Origin: Octopus bimaculoides
Lineage: Eukaryota
Direction: 5' to 3'
Assembly (NCBI RefSeq): GCF_001194135.2
Contig: NC_068990.1
Coordinates: 5,826,157-5,890,156 of the forward strand
Length of the DNA stretch: 64,000 bases
Below the pieces are notes generated by a model, which worked only from the letters and a program-made list of their open reading frames with translations, did not search any database and was not told the origin of the DNA. The position numbers and the translations under genes were made by a program. Every line of letters starts with the position of its first letter. Positions within the stretch are counted from its first letter, which is position 1. Shown here piece after piece: positions 13,831 to 25,559 of the stretch.

Positions 13831-15452
13831 TTAAAAACAAACTGAAAATACAGAATCTACTGAGGCCTCGGTATAAGAAGGTTCCAGTGAAACTGGTGTG
13901 TGGATTATTTGATTGCTAATTCTAGTATGTCAACGACTAGGTAGAGGCATTTTTTTTTATTTGGCCTTTTATTAACCATCCTGTTGTTGTTTAACCCGAG
14001 GTCAATCTAATCAAATAGACAAACCTATGATCAAAATCATTCCAAAGTTTCTACTCCGTATTTTATGTGTATGTAGAAATACATGATTTAATGTGTCCTC
14101 GCTTTTTTTTTTTCTTAATCTATGGGGACTGATTCGACTGAAATTTTCTGCTGCTTCTAATAGATAGAAATACCACTTAGTGACTCATTTGCTTTGTTGG
14201 TTGATGGACTTACTATTTGTCAAGACTGACGTTATTGTTTGTCTATAATAACAAAGACGATGTTCCCCTCTGGCCTCCGCTATCATGACTAAAACCAAAT
14301 AAGGAACTACACAAGTAACGATTGTAGTGTGATAATCTAAGATATCCTTTTTCTAATAACGTTCTCTATAATGTTTACTGCACAAGTACTGATATGAACG
14401 GCTCTCAGAAATCTATCAATATTATTAAAAAGAAAATTGATAAATAAACGAAGTAAGGGAAGTAATTAAAGTAACCCAATTAGGTTGATTTGGGTAAATA
14501 ATTTAAGGGGTGATATACTGAAAAACGCTCATGAATTAAAATTCCCTATTTGATCAAAGAAAGGATAGAAAAAGTCCAGCGGGAACTGTTAGCGTCTTTT
14601 ACAGAAACGGAGGAGATTTCCTAGAAATTAAGAATCAATCAGTCAAAGTTTATAGACGTAGTTAGAGAAAGGTAAGTTTGATCTTTGCATGCAAGAGTCA
14701 ATTATGGTTATGGTTCATGTTTAGTATGATATAGTTTATTTGTGCTATGGACAGAATGACATGAGTCTTAGTGGTCTATGTCAGTTCTCTCGACTCTGAT
14801 AGTATATTAACTGTTGAAAAGCTGTTCATTTTTAATACTTCCTATTACATTTATCTAATTGTATTTTAGATTTACTTTGTAAGGTTCTTGTTTTGTTTTA
14901 TTTTATCAGTTAGATGCTGTATGATTGCAGCATATAAGAAAAGTGAAATACAGCTTCCTGTGCACTGCATTCTCCATTCTTCTTAGCTGTTGGTAGTAAC
15001 CTGTTTCTGTCATATATTTATTATATTTTCTGTTATATAATTATTATATTTGTTTAAGCCCACAGTAGGACACCACTTTCAACTTTAGAGAATGGCAAAT
15101 GTTTAATAACTTGTTTTAAGGTCCATTACTTCCATGTTATAACGTATTGTAAATGTTTTTACTTTTTAAATAATTTTTTCTTTCCTTTTCTTTTCTCATT
15201 TGCTTTTTCTTTGTTTTTGTCAGTCGTTTTAATAACCGAATCGCAAAATTTATTGCATTAAAACTGGTTTATCGGTAAATGTCGTTTGTTCTGACTTGAA
15301 TATCATGTTAATGTGTCAATATTCTTTTCTATTTTTCTTATTCATTTATCATACAATATTCATATAGTCTATACCTTTAAACTTGTTTTTCTTCTAGTTC
15401 CTTCCATTTCTACATTTTAACTACACACATACATATATACATATATATGTCA

Positions 15453-15496
<44 letters not shown>

Positions 15497-15579
15497 NNNN
15501 NNNNNNNNNNNNNNNNNNNNNNNNNNNNNNNNNNNNNNNNNNNNNNNNNNNNNNNNNNNNNNNNATATATATACTTATT

Positions 15580-15962
15580 GGTACAGGAGTGACTATGTGG
15601 TAAGTAGCTTGCTAACCAACCACATGGTTCCAGGTTCTGTCCCACTGCACTGCATGGCACCTTGGGTAACTGTCTTCTGCTATAGCCTCGGGCCAACCGA
15701 AGCCTCATGAGTGGATTTGGTAGACGGAAACTGAAAGAAGCGCGTCGTATATATGTATGTGTGTGTGTGTGTTTTTGTCCCCCCCCCAACATGACTTGAC
15801 AACCGATGCTGGTGTGTTTACGTACCCGTAACTTAGTAAAAGAGACTTATAGAATAAGTACTAGTCTTACAAAAAATAAGTCCTGAGATCGATTTGCTCA
15901 ACTAAAGGTGGTGCTCCAGCATGGCTGCAGTCAAATGATTGAAACAAGTAAAAGAATAAAAG
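15580..15962 (+). mobile_element. tRNA-derived CORE-type SINE, near full length
   Basis: Same head, CORE (GGCACCTTGGGTAACTGTCTT), body and tail as 6065-6478. Confidence 0.85.
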
Positions 15963-16739
15963 AATATATATTGTCAACAGGTGAGATCCAGAGATTCTCG
16001 GTATAGAAAACACTTAGTACCACTCAAATGATTCGAACTTAGACTCCGTGGTGTACAAAATAGCTATAAGAGAAATCCAAGCGGGCAGATATGGAAGCTA
16101 TTATGTAAATAAACAAATTAAATATAACAAGTTAGGCTTGGTATATAAAATATATATGTTGCATATCAAACCCAAGGTGTTATACGTAATTTATTAAATA
16201 GCCTACACATGCGCGCATATTATTGTATATCAAATCCATACATACACACATAAATATATATGAAATGTACCTTCATATGCATTCTTCACTTTCTTCTGCT
16301 TATGCTAACACTTTTTCTTCTCTGTAGCATATAAAATATATCCACACTAAACCTTTGCACTATTTATTATAACAAGTTCAGTTGTTTATCGTCATTTTCA
16401 TAATGCTTTAAATCAACTGTATATAAAAATATGGTTCGATTTAGTATATTTGTCGATTTAGTATAGTTGTGCTAGAACGGCGTAAAGCCACAACGAGAAT
16501 GAATCTTGAAATATTTTTCTATTTATAGCAAATTTATTTGTCTATCCAAGCATCTGTTTTCTATGTGTGTTCCAATTCTTCATCCTACTTATGTATGCAA
16601 CTACATTTGTCTTGGTTTCCGCTGCAAGGATCCATTAAAATATGTCATTTTGTAAAAAAATTGTTTTCGTTAATCAAGCAGCGCCATGCATCAGCAGAAG
16701 ACATTTAATAGCGCTTCACATCTATGGATTTTGAAGACA

Positions 16740-17223
16740 CTTCCCATTAATAATATAGGAGCTTAACGACATTTCATCCGTGTCTACGGTCCGAGTTCAA
16801 ATTCCGCCACGATCAATTTTGTCTTTCGTCCTTTCGGGGTCGATAAAATTAGTCCAACTTCATTACTAGGGTCGATGTAATCGACTTACCCACCTTTCTC
16901 AAGCAGCCTTTGTAGCAAAAATTTGAAATGATAATAATAATAATTATTATTATTATTATTATTTTATGTTTGACTTTTGTTTTGCATTTGTACAAGTTGG
17001 ATCCAAGTCTCACCCAGAGACCTCAAGAGACAACAAGTTAGAAGTTCATGTAGGTGTTATGCCTAGGGTACCATATATTTGGATTTGTACAGTTTTGTTC
17101 AAGTGAATGTTTAAGAAACCATAAGAAAATTATGTGTTTGCTTTAAAATTTGAGATCACATAGACAGTATTTTACGTAGGATATGGGCAGTTCCCATGAG
17201 CACTATCTTTTGAACTTCAGCCA

Positions 17224-17295
<72 letters not shown>

Positions 17296-18960
17296 GCCGA
17301 TGAGCTGGCAGAATCTTTAGCACGCCGTAGAAAATGCTTAACAGCATTTCGTCCGTCTTTACGTTCTGAGTTCAAATTTCGCCGAGGTCAGCTTTATGAT
17401 TCATAATTTCGAGGTCGATAATGTAAGTACCAGATGAGCACAGGGGTCGATGTAATCGACTTATTCCTTCCCCTGAAATTGCCGGCCTTGTGCTGAAATT
17501 TGAAATCATCAAGGCGGTGAGCTGGCAGAATTGTCAGCGCGCCGGGCAAAATGCTTAGCGGCGTTTCGTCTAAGTTTAAATTCCAATGCGATCGTCATTA
17601 TCTTTCATCAAATGGGAGTCTATAACATAAGTACCAGTTGAGCACCGGGGTCGATGTAATCAACTTATACCCTTCTCCAGAGTTACTGACCTTGTGCCTA
17701 TTGGTGAAACGATTCTGGCGAGCCGGTAGAATCGTTAGCAACCCCGACAAAATTCTTAGTGGCATTTCGACCGTCCTTCAGTCCTGTGTTCAAATTCCAT
17801 CGAGGTCGACTTTACCGTTTATCCTTTCAGGATTTTTGCATTCAGTACCAGTTGAACAGTGGGTTCAAAGTAATCTTTCAACAAAGTCTTCAACCCAACA
17901 ATTTCAGGCCTTGTGCCTATAATAGAATGGATTAATATTATTTATTAATGCGGAGAGCTACCAGAATCTTTAGCGCATCGGACAAACAGCTTAGCTACAT
18001 TTCTTCCGGATTGCTATGATCTGAGTTCAAATCCCGCCGATGTCAACTTTGCCCTTCATCCTTTCGGGGTCGGAAAGCTAAAGTACCATTCATGTACTGG
18101 TGTCAAAATAATCGACTTGCCTCTTGCCCTGATATTGCTTGCCTTGCGCTAAAATCTGGGACTGTTAAGATTGCGAGCAGGAAGAATCGATAGCGTTTCT
18201 GCTAAAACGCTTAGCAGCATTTCTTCCGACTCTCTAGGTCCTGGTTTCAAATCTTGCTGAGGTCTGCTTTGCCCTTCTTCTTTTTGGAGCCGTTGAAATA
18301 TAGAACCGGTTAAGTATTGGGGTCGATGTAATCGACTCTTCACTCCAAATTTAAAGTCTTGTACCTATATCAGACAAAATAAAGTAGCGAGCTACAAGAA
18401 TCGTTAATGCTTCGAGCATAATGCTAAGAGCTGGCTATTTACACCTTTTGATCAAATGTTCCGCTTCTTCACGCCTTGAGTTCAAATACCACCACATCAA
18501 CTTTGCATTTATGCTTTTGGGGTTCATAAAATAAAAGTACTATGGAAGCACTGGGGTTGATGTAATCATACAGTTCCCACCCCTCAAAATTTCAAGCCTT
18601 CTGCCTATAGTAAAAAGAATTATTTTAAGGGGCGGTTGAATGACAGAATCGTTAGAGCGATGGAAGAAATTCTTTGCCATATCTCTTCCAGCTCTTTAAG
18701 GTGTGAGTTCACATTCCGCAGAGGCCAACATTACCTTCTATCTCGCTCGTACCGAAAATATAACATGCTAATCACATACTTGGATCGATGTAATCAATTA
18801 GTCTCCGCTCTTCCCCTCAGAATTGCTGGCCTCATACTTAAACTAGAAACAATTATCTTCTTAGTCTGAACCAAGTTAAAGTAAGTGCATTACTTCATGT
18901 TGGTTTGCATTCTGAGTTCAAATCCTGCTGAGGCCCGGCTCTGATTTTCATTGTTCTGCA
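16740..18960 (+). mobile_element. Head-to-tail array of about 9 diverged ~210-bp tRNA-derived SINEs (Nin/Deu-like core) with a Dong fragment inside
   Basis: Units start at about 16740, 17293, 17511, 17715, 17948, 18165, 18380, 18627 and 18890 (partial). Each has GAGCTGGCAGAATCGTTAGC-like, GAGTTCAAAT (B box), CCTTTCGGGGTCGATAAA and GGGGTCGATGTAATCGACTT motifs. Confidence 0.85.
16964..17226 (-). mobile_element. 5'-truncated 3' end of an R4/Dong element inserted in a (TAA)n microsatellite
   Basis: Encodes KMAEVQKIVLMGTAHILRKILSM* (typical R4/Dong C-terminus) plus a 3' UTR with GAGGTCTCTGGGTGAGACTTGG; (AAT)n on both sides. Confidence 0.85.
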
Positions 18961-18979
18961 ATTGAAGAAGACGTACCGT

Positions 18980-19588
18980 TTAAATATTTAGGTTCATATA
19001 ACCTTCAAAAATTAGAATATTTAATATTTGTAAAACATAAGTGAGCAGAGATATCTGGAGTTCCACATACTGCCTGAATTGGCAATTCTCTTCAGTATCT
19101 TTAGAATAGTAGTTTAATTTTCTCAATGCCTCAACTACTTTTTTTCGTATTAATATCTTGTGTGCTTGTCTTTCACTGTCAGCTATTTCTCCAACTAAAC
19201 AACCAATCCTTCGAAACATCAGCTTCACGTAGTGTTTTATCCTATTAAAATGCATTTGAAAACTTAGCTTTTGAAAATTTGCACCATTCACTTGTTTCGG
19301 CTGTTTCTGATCTTGTTTTACAAGAAAATGCTCAGTTTCGAAATATTTTATAAAATTTATTCTTCTATGCGGCAATTTTGCATTTGTTATAAATTCTGAG
19401 TACAGCATTTTGCCATTTTCACATGTATAGTTGCAGTAACTCGTTTTTTCTTAACTCATATTATTTAATAATGCATTCTTAAGTTGTTTTAACAAATTTG
19501 TATCAAATATTTTACGACCACATAGCAAAGGATTATTTTCTTTATGTTGCCTACACACATTTATATCAATTACGTGTATTTTGTTTAT
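18980..19588 (-). pseudogene. Unassigned ~200-codon reading frame with one internal stop (19451-19453)
   Basis: Non-repetitive frame INKIHVIDINVC..NNMS*EKTSYC..MLYSEF..GYMNLNI*. Such length is improbable in AT-rich DNA, but I recognise no motif. Confidence 0.4.
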
Positions 19589-20575
19589 TCATTTCGTGTT
19601 CTTGACTTTTATAATTTGTTATGTCACGTTAAGAATGGAATTAGTTTCTTTTCATAGAGTTAAAAAAATAATTCATAAATTTCCTTCTGCAGAATGACAC
19701 CAGGCATCATCTTGCTAGACTTAGCCTGCAGACAACTGTTTGATACTACACTTCAAACGACACGAACGTTGTAACAAAATAAAATGTCAATTCCACTCAA
19801 ATTGAATTTCAAAAATATTATAGTTCAAGTAAAACAAGTCATTACCATCTGTAAATGAAGTTTGATTATAGCATTGAATTTCAGTTTTATATTTTTCCTC
19901 TACATATTAATTGATGTAAATGTTTAAGTGTGTGCAAATTGATAACAATTTCCAAGGTGATAGATAAAGTAAGGGATAATGGTGTCTGATAATTTTTCAT
20001 AATTTCTGAAATATGAGGAGAAGGTATCAAATTGACTTTAAACGTCTCGTCAGTGATGTGATCGATCTAATAAGGTAAGAGATCATCGATATACAGAAGG
20101 GTCTTTGGAAACCAATTTTCAACTACGTCAGCAATTAGTATATATAAACAGTTCAGAAATAGATTATATTGGTTTGCTGTGTTCTAGAAAAGAATGTCGG
20201 TACTTCGTTATTATTCTGCATCGCATATCTTTTTCCCTGCCTTTTTAATATGACTAAATTATAAACTGTCCATTTGATCATGATACACTAGGTAATATTA
20301 TTTCGCAAATAAGATTATTATATGACTGTGTAAGAAAACTTTAACTCTTTGACTGCGTTAATCAATTTCATAGTCATTCCTGTGCTGATGTTAAATATCC
20401 ACTGAAAATAGAATTGACATTTTCTGCTTCTGCGATACATCTTCAGTATCTTCTGTAAGTACACTTTTTCATATCCACCACTAAAAGTATTTGCTCCTTA
20501 CTGTATTATAAAGCAATATTTTATGAAACATGGGGTAAAAATTTCAGAAAATCTGAAAAAAAACTGTTTTCTAAA

Positions 20576-20624
<49 letters not shown>

Positions 20625-20634
<10 letters not shown>

Positions 20635-20972
20635 TATATATATTACACACAAACATTTCGATTGCAGTAAAATCTTCATGCATAGCGGTATAATATATAC
20701 GGATGCATGTGTGTGTGTACACGCGCATCTATGCATACTGCTTCTTTTAATAGTTTTGTTTGGAAAAGGTGATGTGCTCATAGCCAGAGAATGTTGATGT
20801 TCTTTTTGAAACAACAGCAGTTCAACGACTAAAGAAAAAAGTATCGTTAAGAGGAGAATTCCAAAGTTATGATATTCTGGAGAGAAAGTATTACGTTAGG
20901 ATATATAACAGATGTGTCAATACATAGACACGTATGTATTTATGTATGTATGCCCATTTGCAAATTACTGCT
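20625..20972 (+). repeat. ~350-bp direct repeat, copy 1 (copy 2 at 26078-26405)
   Basis: Near-identical text GTAGTATATATATTACACA..GGAAAAGGTGATGTGCTCATAGCCAGA..CCATTTGCAAAT(T/C)ACTGCT at both loci. Confidence 0.9.
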
Positions 20973-22504
20973 AATTCGAGAGATTGGGAGACCGGGAAGT
21001 TAGAATTGCAAGATTAACTGGGGTTAGTTTCCACTTAACGCAGAATAAGAAGAGGATTTTTTTTCAAAGCCGTGTGTGGTAAAACTACTTTCTGCAGTTA
21101 AAGATGATAAAATTTTGAATGGATATAACGGCTTCGCTCCTTCAAATGGTTGATAAAACTTTAAACTTTGACATTATTTGGTATATTTGGATTTTAAATA
21201 CGTTGTTCTTTGTTGTTTTTCATTCAGTTCATTTCGTTTTGAAATGCGTCCATAATAATGAAAAGCTGCCAAGCACTGTAACAAGTCTTTTTCCCGGAAA
21301 GCAATGTTTCTTAGAACAGAATAAATAAATCAAGATTAGTAACATAGGGGAGAAAAAAAAAACAAAAGACAAATCAACGTGTACTGATGTTTGCTTAATC
21401 GAAATCGCAATCTTAGAAATATACATATCAATATCAATCCAGTTCAATTTGAACTCAGAATCCACAAAATATCATAACATATGGCGTCTGTCACAAAATT
21501 TCTTGCTTGGGGAATCATTGATATTCAGATGTTGACGCATCGTTGATTACTTTTTTCCCCCTCGGGTCACAGATTCGAAGATAGAGATAGCTTTATTCAA
21601 CGATAATAATATTGATAAAAACATTCTATATGACAGGAATGTGATTGTCCCTCAGTTATATCTGAATTGATTACTTGCTTTGAACGCAATAGGTCAGTGC
21701 ACTACATTTCCCTGTTCGTTGTAATTCTGTGACATACATCTATACTCTGTAAAATCAATCCTATTTATTATCTCACTTTCGATAATTACAAATCAAACTG
21801 AGTCTCAAATGAGATTATTCATGACAGTTTAGACAAGGGAAGATTTGACCCATGTCATAATATTGATATAAATAGTATTTGAAATATAATTTATTGCTCT
21901 AAGAAAAATTTCCCAATGATTCCTTAGAACGTGGAAATGGATTTAGCTGGAAAATTATTTCCAATTACCAAACCCCCAAACGTATATCCTATGCCAGATA
22001 CATATCATTAATGACGATTTCTCTTGAAACCGGCGCAAAGCCGAATTTGTGTTAGGCAAGAAGTGTACTCGATCTCATAAAATTACGGATGTTTTATACG
22101 CCATGGCAAGATCGTAACTCAGAAGCCCGAGGGAAGAGATTAAGGACAATAAATCATTTAAGGTGAGCTAAATGGTATGAAAAACCTCTCTTGTCGTTTA
22201 TCACTTTATCACAAATCATCACAAATTCTGTACGAAGAACACATTAAAACTAATTATTCTATCTCCGATTGAAGTGTAAGGATTCTCAACATCGCAAGAG
22301 TTTGGTTTCTGCTTGCTTACTCTAACTAAGTTGTATCATAACTTATCTCAATCGTCAAAAGTGTTTGTTTTGAAAATCAAAATTTCAAGTAGCTTAGTGC
22401 GCTTAACAGTATCCTCGCGTAGTATTTCTGTACGGTGGTGCACCAGCATGACCGCAGCCACTTGGCTGAAACACATAAATAAATAAATAAATAAATAAAT
22501 ATAG

Positions 22505-22540
22505 GTGCAGGCATGGCTGCAAGGTAAGAAGTTTGCTTCC
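22505..22540 (+). mobile_element. SINE tRNA-like head truncated at the anticodon by LINE insertion (target site)
   Basis: GCAGGCATGGCTGCAAGGTAAGAAGTTTGCTTCC matches intact heads at 6065, 15580 and 61300, which continue CAACCAC.. Confidence 0.75.
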
Positions 22541-24247
22541 ATGCATACGTTGTTGTCAGTGGTTTTCTTTGCACTAAAAGGAATGGTGACGCTGGTTTGC
22601 AGCGTAGCGAACTAAGTGAAGCTCAACTGCAACGTAAGACTTTCGTTTTTTTGGAGGATTCAGTGGGGTTTGTTGTTTGGTGTTTATTTTTTTCTTTTCA
22701 AGCAAGAAATCCTCACTCGATTCCGGGCATTTGTCTGCCTGCAGTTAGGTATAAGTATCTCACCTAGCGGCGAGAAGTTGTTTTGGGGTCGTATCCCACC
22801 TCCAAAAATTGTGAACTTTGTTTTGTGTTCCTGTTGCTGTGTTCCTGCTACTATTTGGTTGGCCTGGAGTACCAGTGGCCGGAAGATTGTATGCAGTTTT
22901 TAGGGGCGTATCCCACCTCCAACAATTGTGGAAATCTTTTTACCAATTTTTGTATCAATTTATTGGTGAAATTTGTGAAGCTTTGTTCCGGGCCGTGTTC
23001 CTGTTACTATACCAGTTGGCCGAGAGCACTGGTTGGCCGGAAGATTGAAGTCGCTGTGCTGTGTTTTGGATTGTTTTCTTTCCCTTTTTTGAGAGAAGAC
23101 GGTGGTGTTGAGGACTTATTCAAAGTCGCTCGACACCATCGCCGTCTTCAAAATGGCAGAGATTGAGAAGAAGTTGGCTGAGTATCTGCCAACTATAAAA
23201 TTTATTTCCAGGAGTGCCAAGCATGCAAGGGTGTGGTTGCTATTTGACACCCCTGAGGAGGCTCGCAAATTTTCTAGCCAGCCCTTTAAGGGTCAGGAGA
23301 TCCTGTTTCTTCCCACATATTAATGGGAAGAAGTTGACAAGAGCTTGGGTCTGCGGGTTGCCACCTAGAATGGAACATGGGTGGATAGAAGATACTATCC
23401 ACTGGAGTCTGGGATCCAAGCTATTTAATGTAAAAAGCTACTTAATGTAAAAATGTTGCTGGGGTCTGGGTGGCAACGGATCCAAGCTGTTTAATGTAAA
23501 AATGTTGCTGGGGTCTGGGTGGCAACGGATCCAAGCTGCTTAATGNNNNNNNNNNNNNNNNGTAAAAATGTTGCTGGGGTCTGGGTGGCAACGGATCCAA
23601 GCTGTTTAATGTAAAAATGTTGCTGGGGTCTGGGTGGCAACGGATCCAAGCTGCTTAATGTAAAAATGTTGCCGGTGGCTGATTGGATCGGGTCAAAAGC
23701 TGTTTTGACCCTGTGAACCCAATCGGCTAAGAATCTGGTCTTCCCAGATTTTCTGACTGTGGCTGTTAACAGGTATCCTGTGATACTTGAGAGACGCCCT
23801 CTCCCCAAGTGTCACCTGCGCCTGCACTGAGGACCCTGATTGGCCTCCGCAGGTGCCTGCGAAGTCATAGGGGAAACCGACTTGTTCAGAATAATGAACC
23901 CCTTCCTCGAGGATATATTTAAATTTATGCTAAAGTGTCCCGACTTGGCACTGTCCAGGTGCTTGAATGAGGCAGTGTGCCTGGTCGGGCATGGACGAAA
24001 GAGGCTTAGTGCCTCATTTGAAAGGACCTTGTGTTCCATTGAGCTATATTACGAGGTTTCTAACCTCAATTTGTTTTTATGAAAGAGAAAGGAAGAACAA
24101 TGTTTTCGGGAAGCAACGATCGGTGGGCGTCGTCTGCTTTCCTCATCAATATCATTATTTTACTCATCATTCATTTCATTTGTGTTGTTGTCCAGCCCGC
24201 ATTTGCTTCCATCTATGTGAAGCCTTTATGGCTAATTTGATGAAATA
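22541..24247 (+). mobile_element. ORF1-only (RT-less) L1/Tx1-like element no. 1 with a 15-bp TSD
   Basis: 5' region with duplicated modules. ORF1 remnant from 23153: MAEIEKKL..WLLFDTPEEARKF..FLPTY/GKKLTRAWVCGLPP..PDFLTVAVNRYPVILERRPLPKC. 3'-UTR-like end ..GTGAAGCCTTTATGGCTAAT..AAATA. Flanking repeat AAGAAG(T/C)TTGCTTCC at 22526-22540 and 24248-24262. Confidence 0.7.
23402..23672 (+). repeat. 49-bp minisatellite (at least 4 copies, collapsed across an N gap)
   Basis: Unit GTAAAAATGTTGCTGGGGTCTGGGTGGCAACGGATCCAAGCTG(T/C)TTAAT at 23447, 23496, 23562 and 23611; partial at 23660. Confidence 0.95.
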
Positions 24248-24262
24248 AAGAAGCTTGCTTCC

Positions 24263-25540
24263 CGCGCATGCGTCGATCTATTTTTTGTGTTGATTTTTGA
24301 CGAGTCGAACGGAATTTCAATGCTGCTTGGCATCCGTTTATCAGTGAAAGTTATACCGGTAGAAACCAATGTATTCAGACGTTAGCGGGTGTGAGCTGTT
24401 CTCAGCAGCGGAGGAGCTCGTTAAGACGGTAAATAGAATGGCCGAGCATTTGGAAAGAGTAAAGAGTTTTGCTGAGGCTGCAGAGGTGAAGAAAAGGGAG
24501 GTGGACCTAGCCGAACTGAAGGAGCTGAGTAAGATGACACGGAAGGTGGGCGGTGACGTAAAGTTATTACCCCCGAAAAGGGTCATGGTAAATATGGAAA
24601 AGAAGACCATTACCTACAAGGTGTACTCAGTGGAGAGTAGGAAGGTGGAGCGGATGGAGATGGAAAAAGTAGAAGAAGCATTGAAGGGGCTTTCGAAGGA
24701 AGTGACATACATGGCAAAAGGAAATGGATATGGGACGGTGGTTGTTTAGTTTAGGACAGCGGAGGAGGCAAAGATGTTGGCGAGTGCATATGTAAAAACG
24801 GAGGAAGTGGTACTTCTACCCACGCACCTTAGAAGAAAGACTTCTAAGGTGGGAGTAGAAGGAATTTCACCCGATATAGAAGTGGCTTGGGTTGCGGCAG
24901 CCGTCCTCGTTGGAAGTGAGGAGGAGGCGACTGTCTTCCAAGCCACGGAATCGGAGGACGGAGGATGCTGATCATGGTTTACCATGACGGAGGATGGAGA
25001 GGAAAAACACTGGACCTCATTATACAGGCAGAGGAGAGGCAATTGGAGAGTTTGGCGGAGACGGTGACGTTGGGGGAGATTGTGTTTAGAGTGTGGGCCA
25101 AAAGTGCCACGTTACCACTCACTGCCCTCTGCAGAGGAAAACGACAGAAGAAGCGGTGGTGGAGACGGAGGAGAAAAAGTACAGATAGATGGAAGGAACA
25201 AGGAGGATGAATGGACAGTGACAGAGAATAAAAGGAAAACGAAAAGAGGAAGAACAGTCAGTGTGATGTGGGACCCGAGACCACTCAGATCCACCCTCCG
25301 CATACAGACACCAAACTCACCCACCCCCTCTCCCCGCAGGAAAAAAAGAAGAAAGAACAGACACCACAACATTTACAAGACCCCACCCCCGGTGAGAAAG
25401 GTTACCTGTACATGGAGGAGAGAGTGTTGTCACTCAGCGATGAGGAAAACGGTAAACGAAAGACTAGATCAAAGACTAAAGAGGACTCAAGACTCAGAGG
25501 TGGCGAGTGGTGTTACTCAGTGTTGGGTGAGTAACACACT
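24263..25540 (+). mobile_element. L1/Tx1-like element no. 2: 5' UTR plus disrupted ORF1 (RRM-type), no ORF2
   Basis: ORF 24369-24749 reads through one TAG into GTVVV*FRTAEEAK..VVLLPTHLRRKTSKVGVEGISPDIEVAWV, which aligns with element 1 ORF1. A basic EWTVTENKRK segment and S/P/K-rich tail follow; the last frame ends at 25534. Confidence 0.7.
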
Positions 25541-25559
25541 TTTCATATTCTCATTTCTC

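Noticed and set aside
23447-23672. Regular 49-bp repeats as a CRISPR-like array
   Set aside because: Contiguous tandem units with no unique spacers; eukaryotic context; no cas genes.
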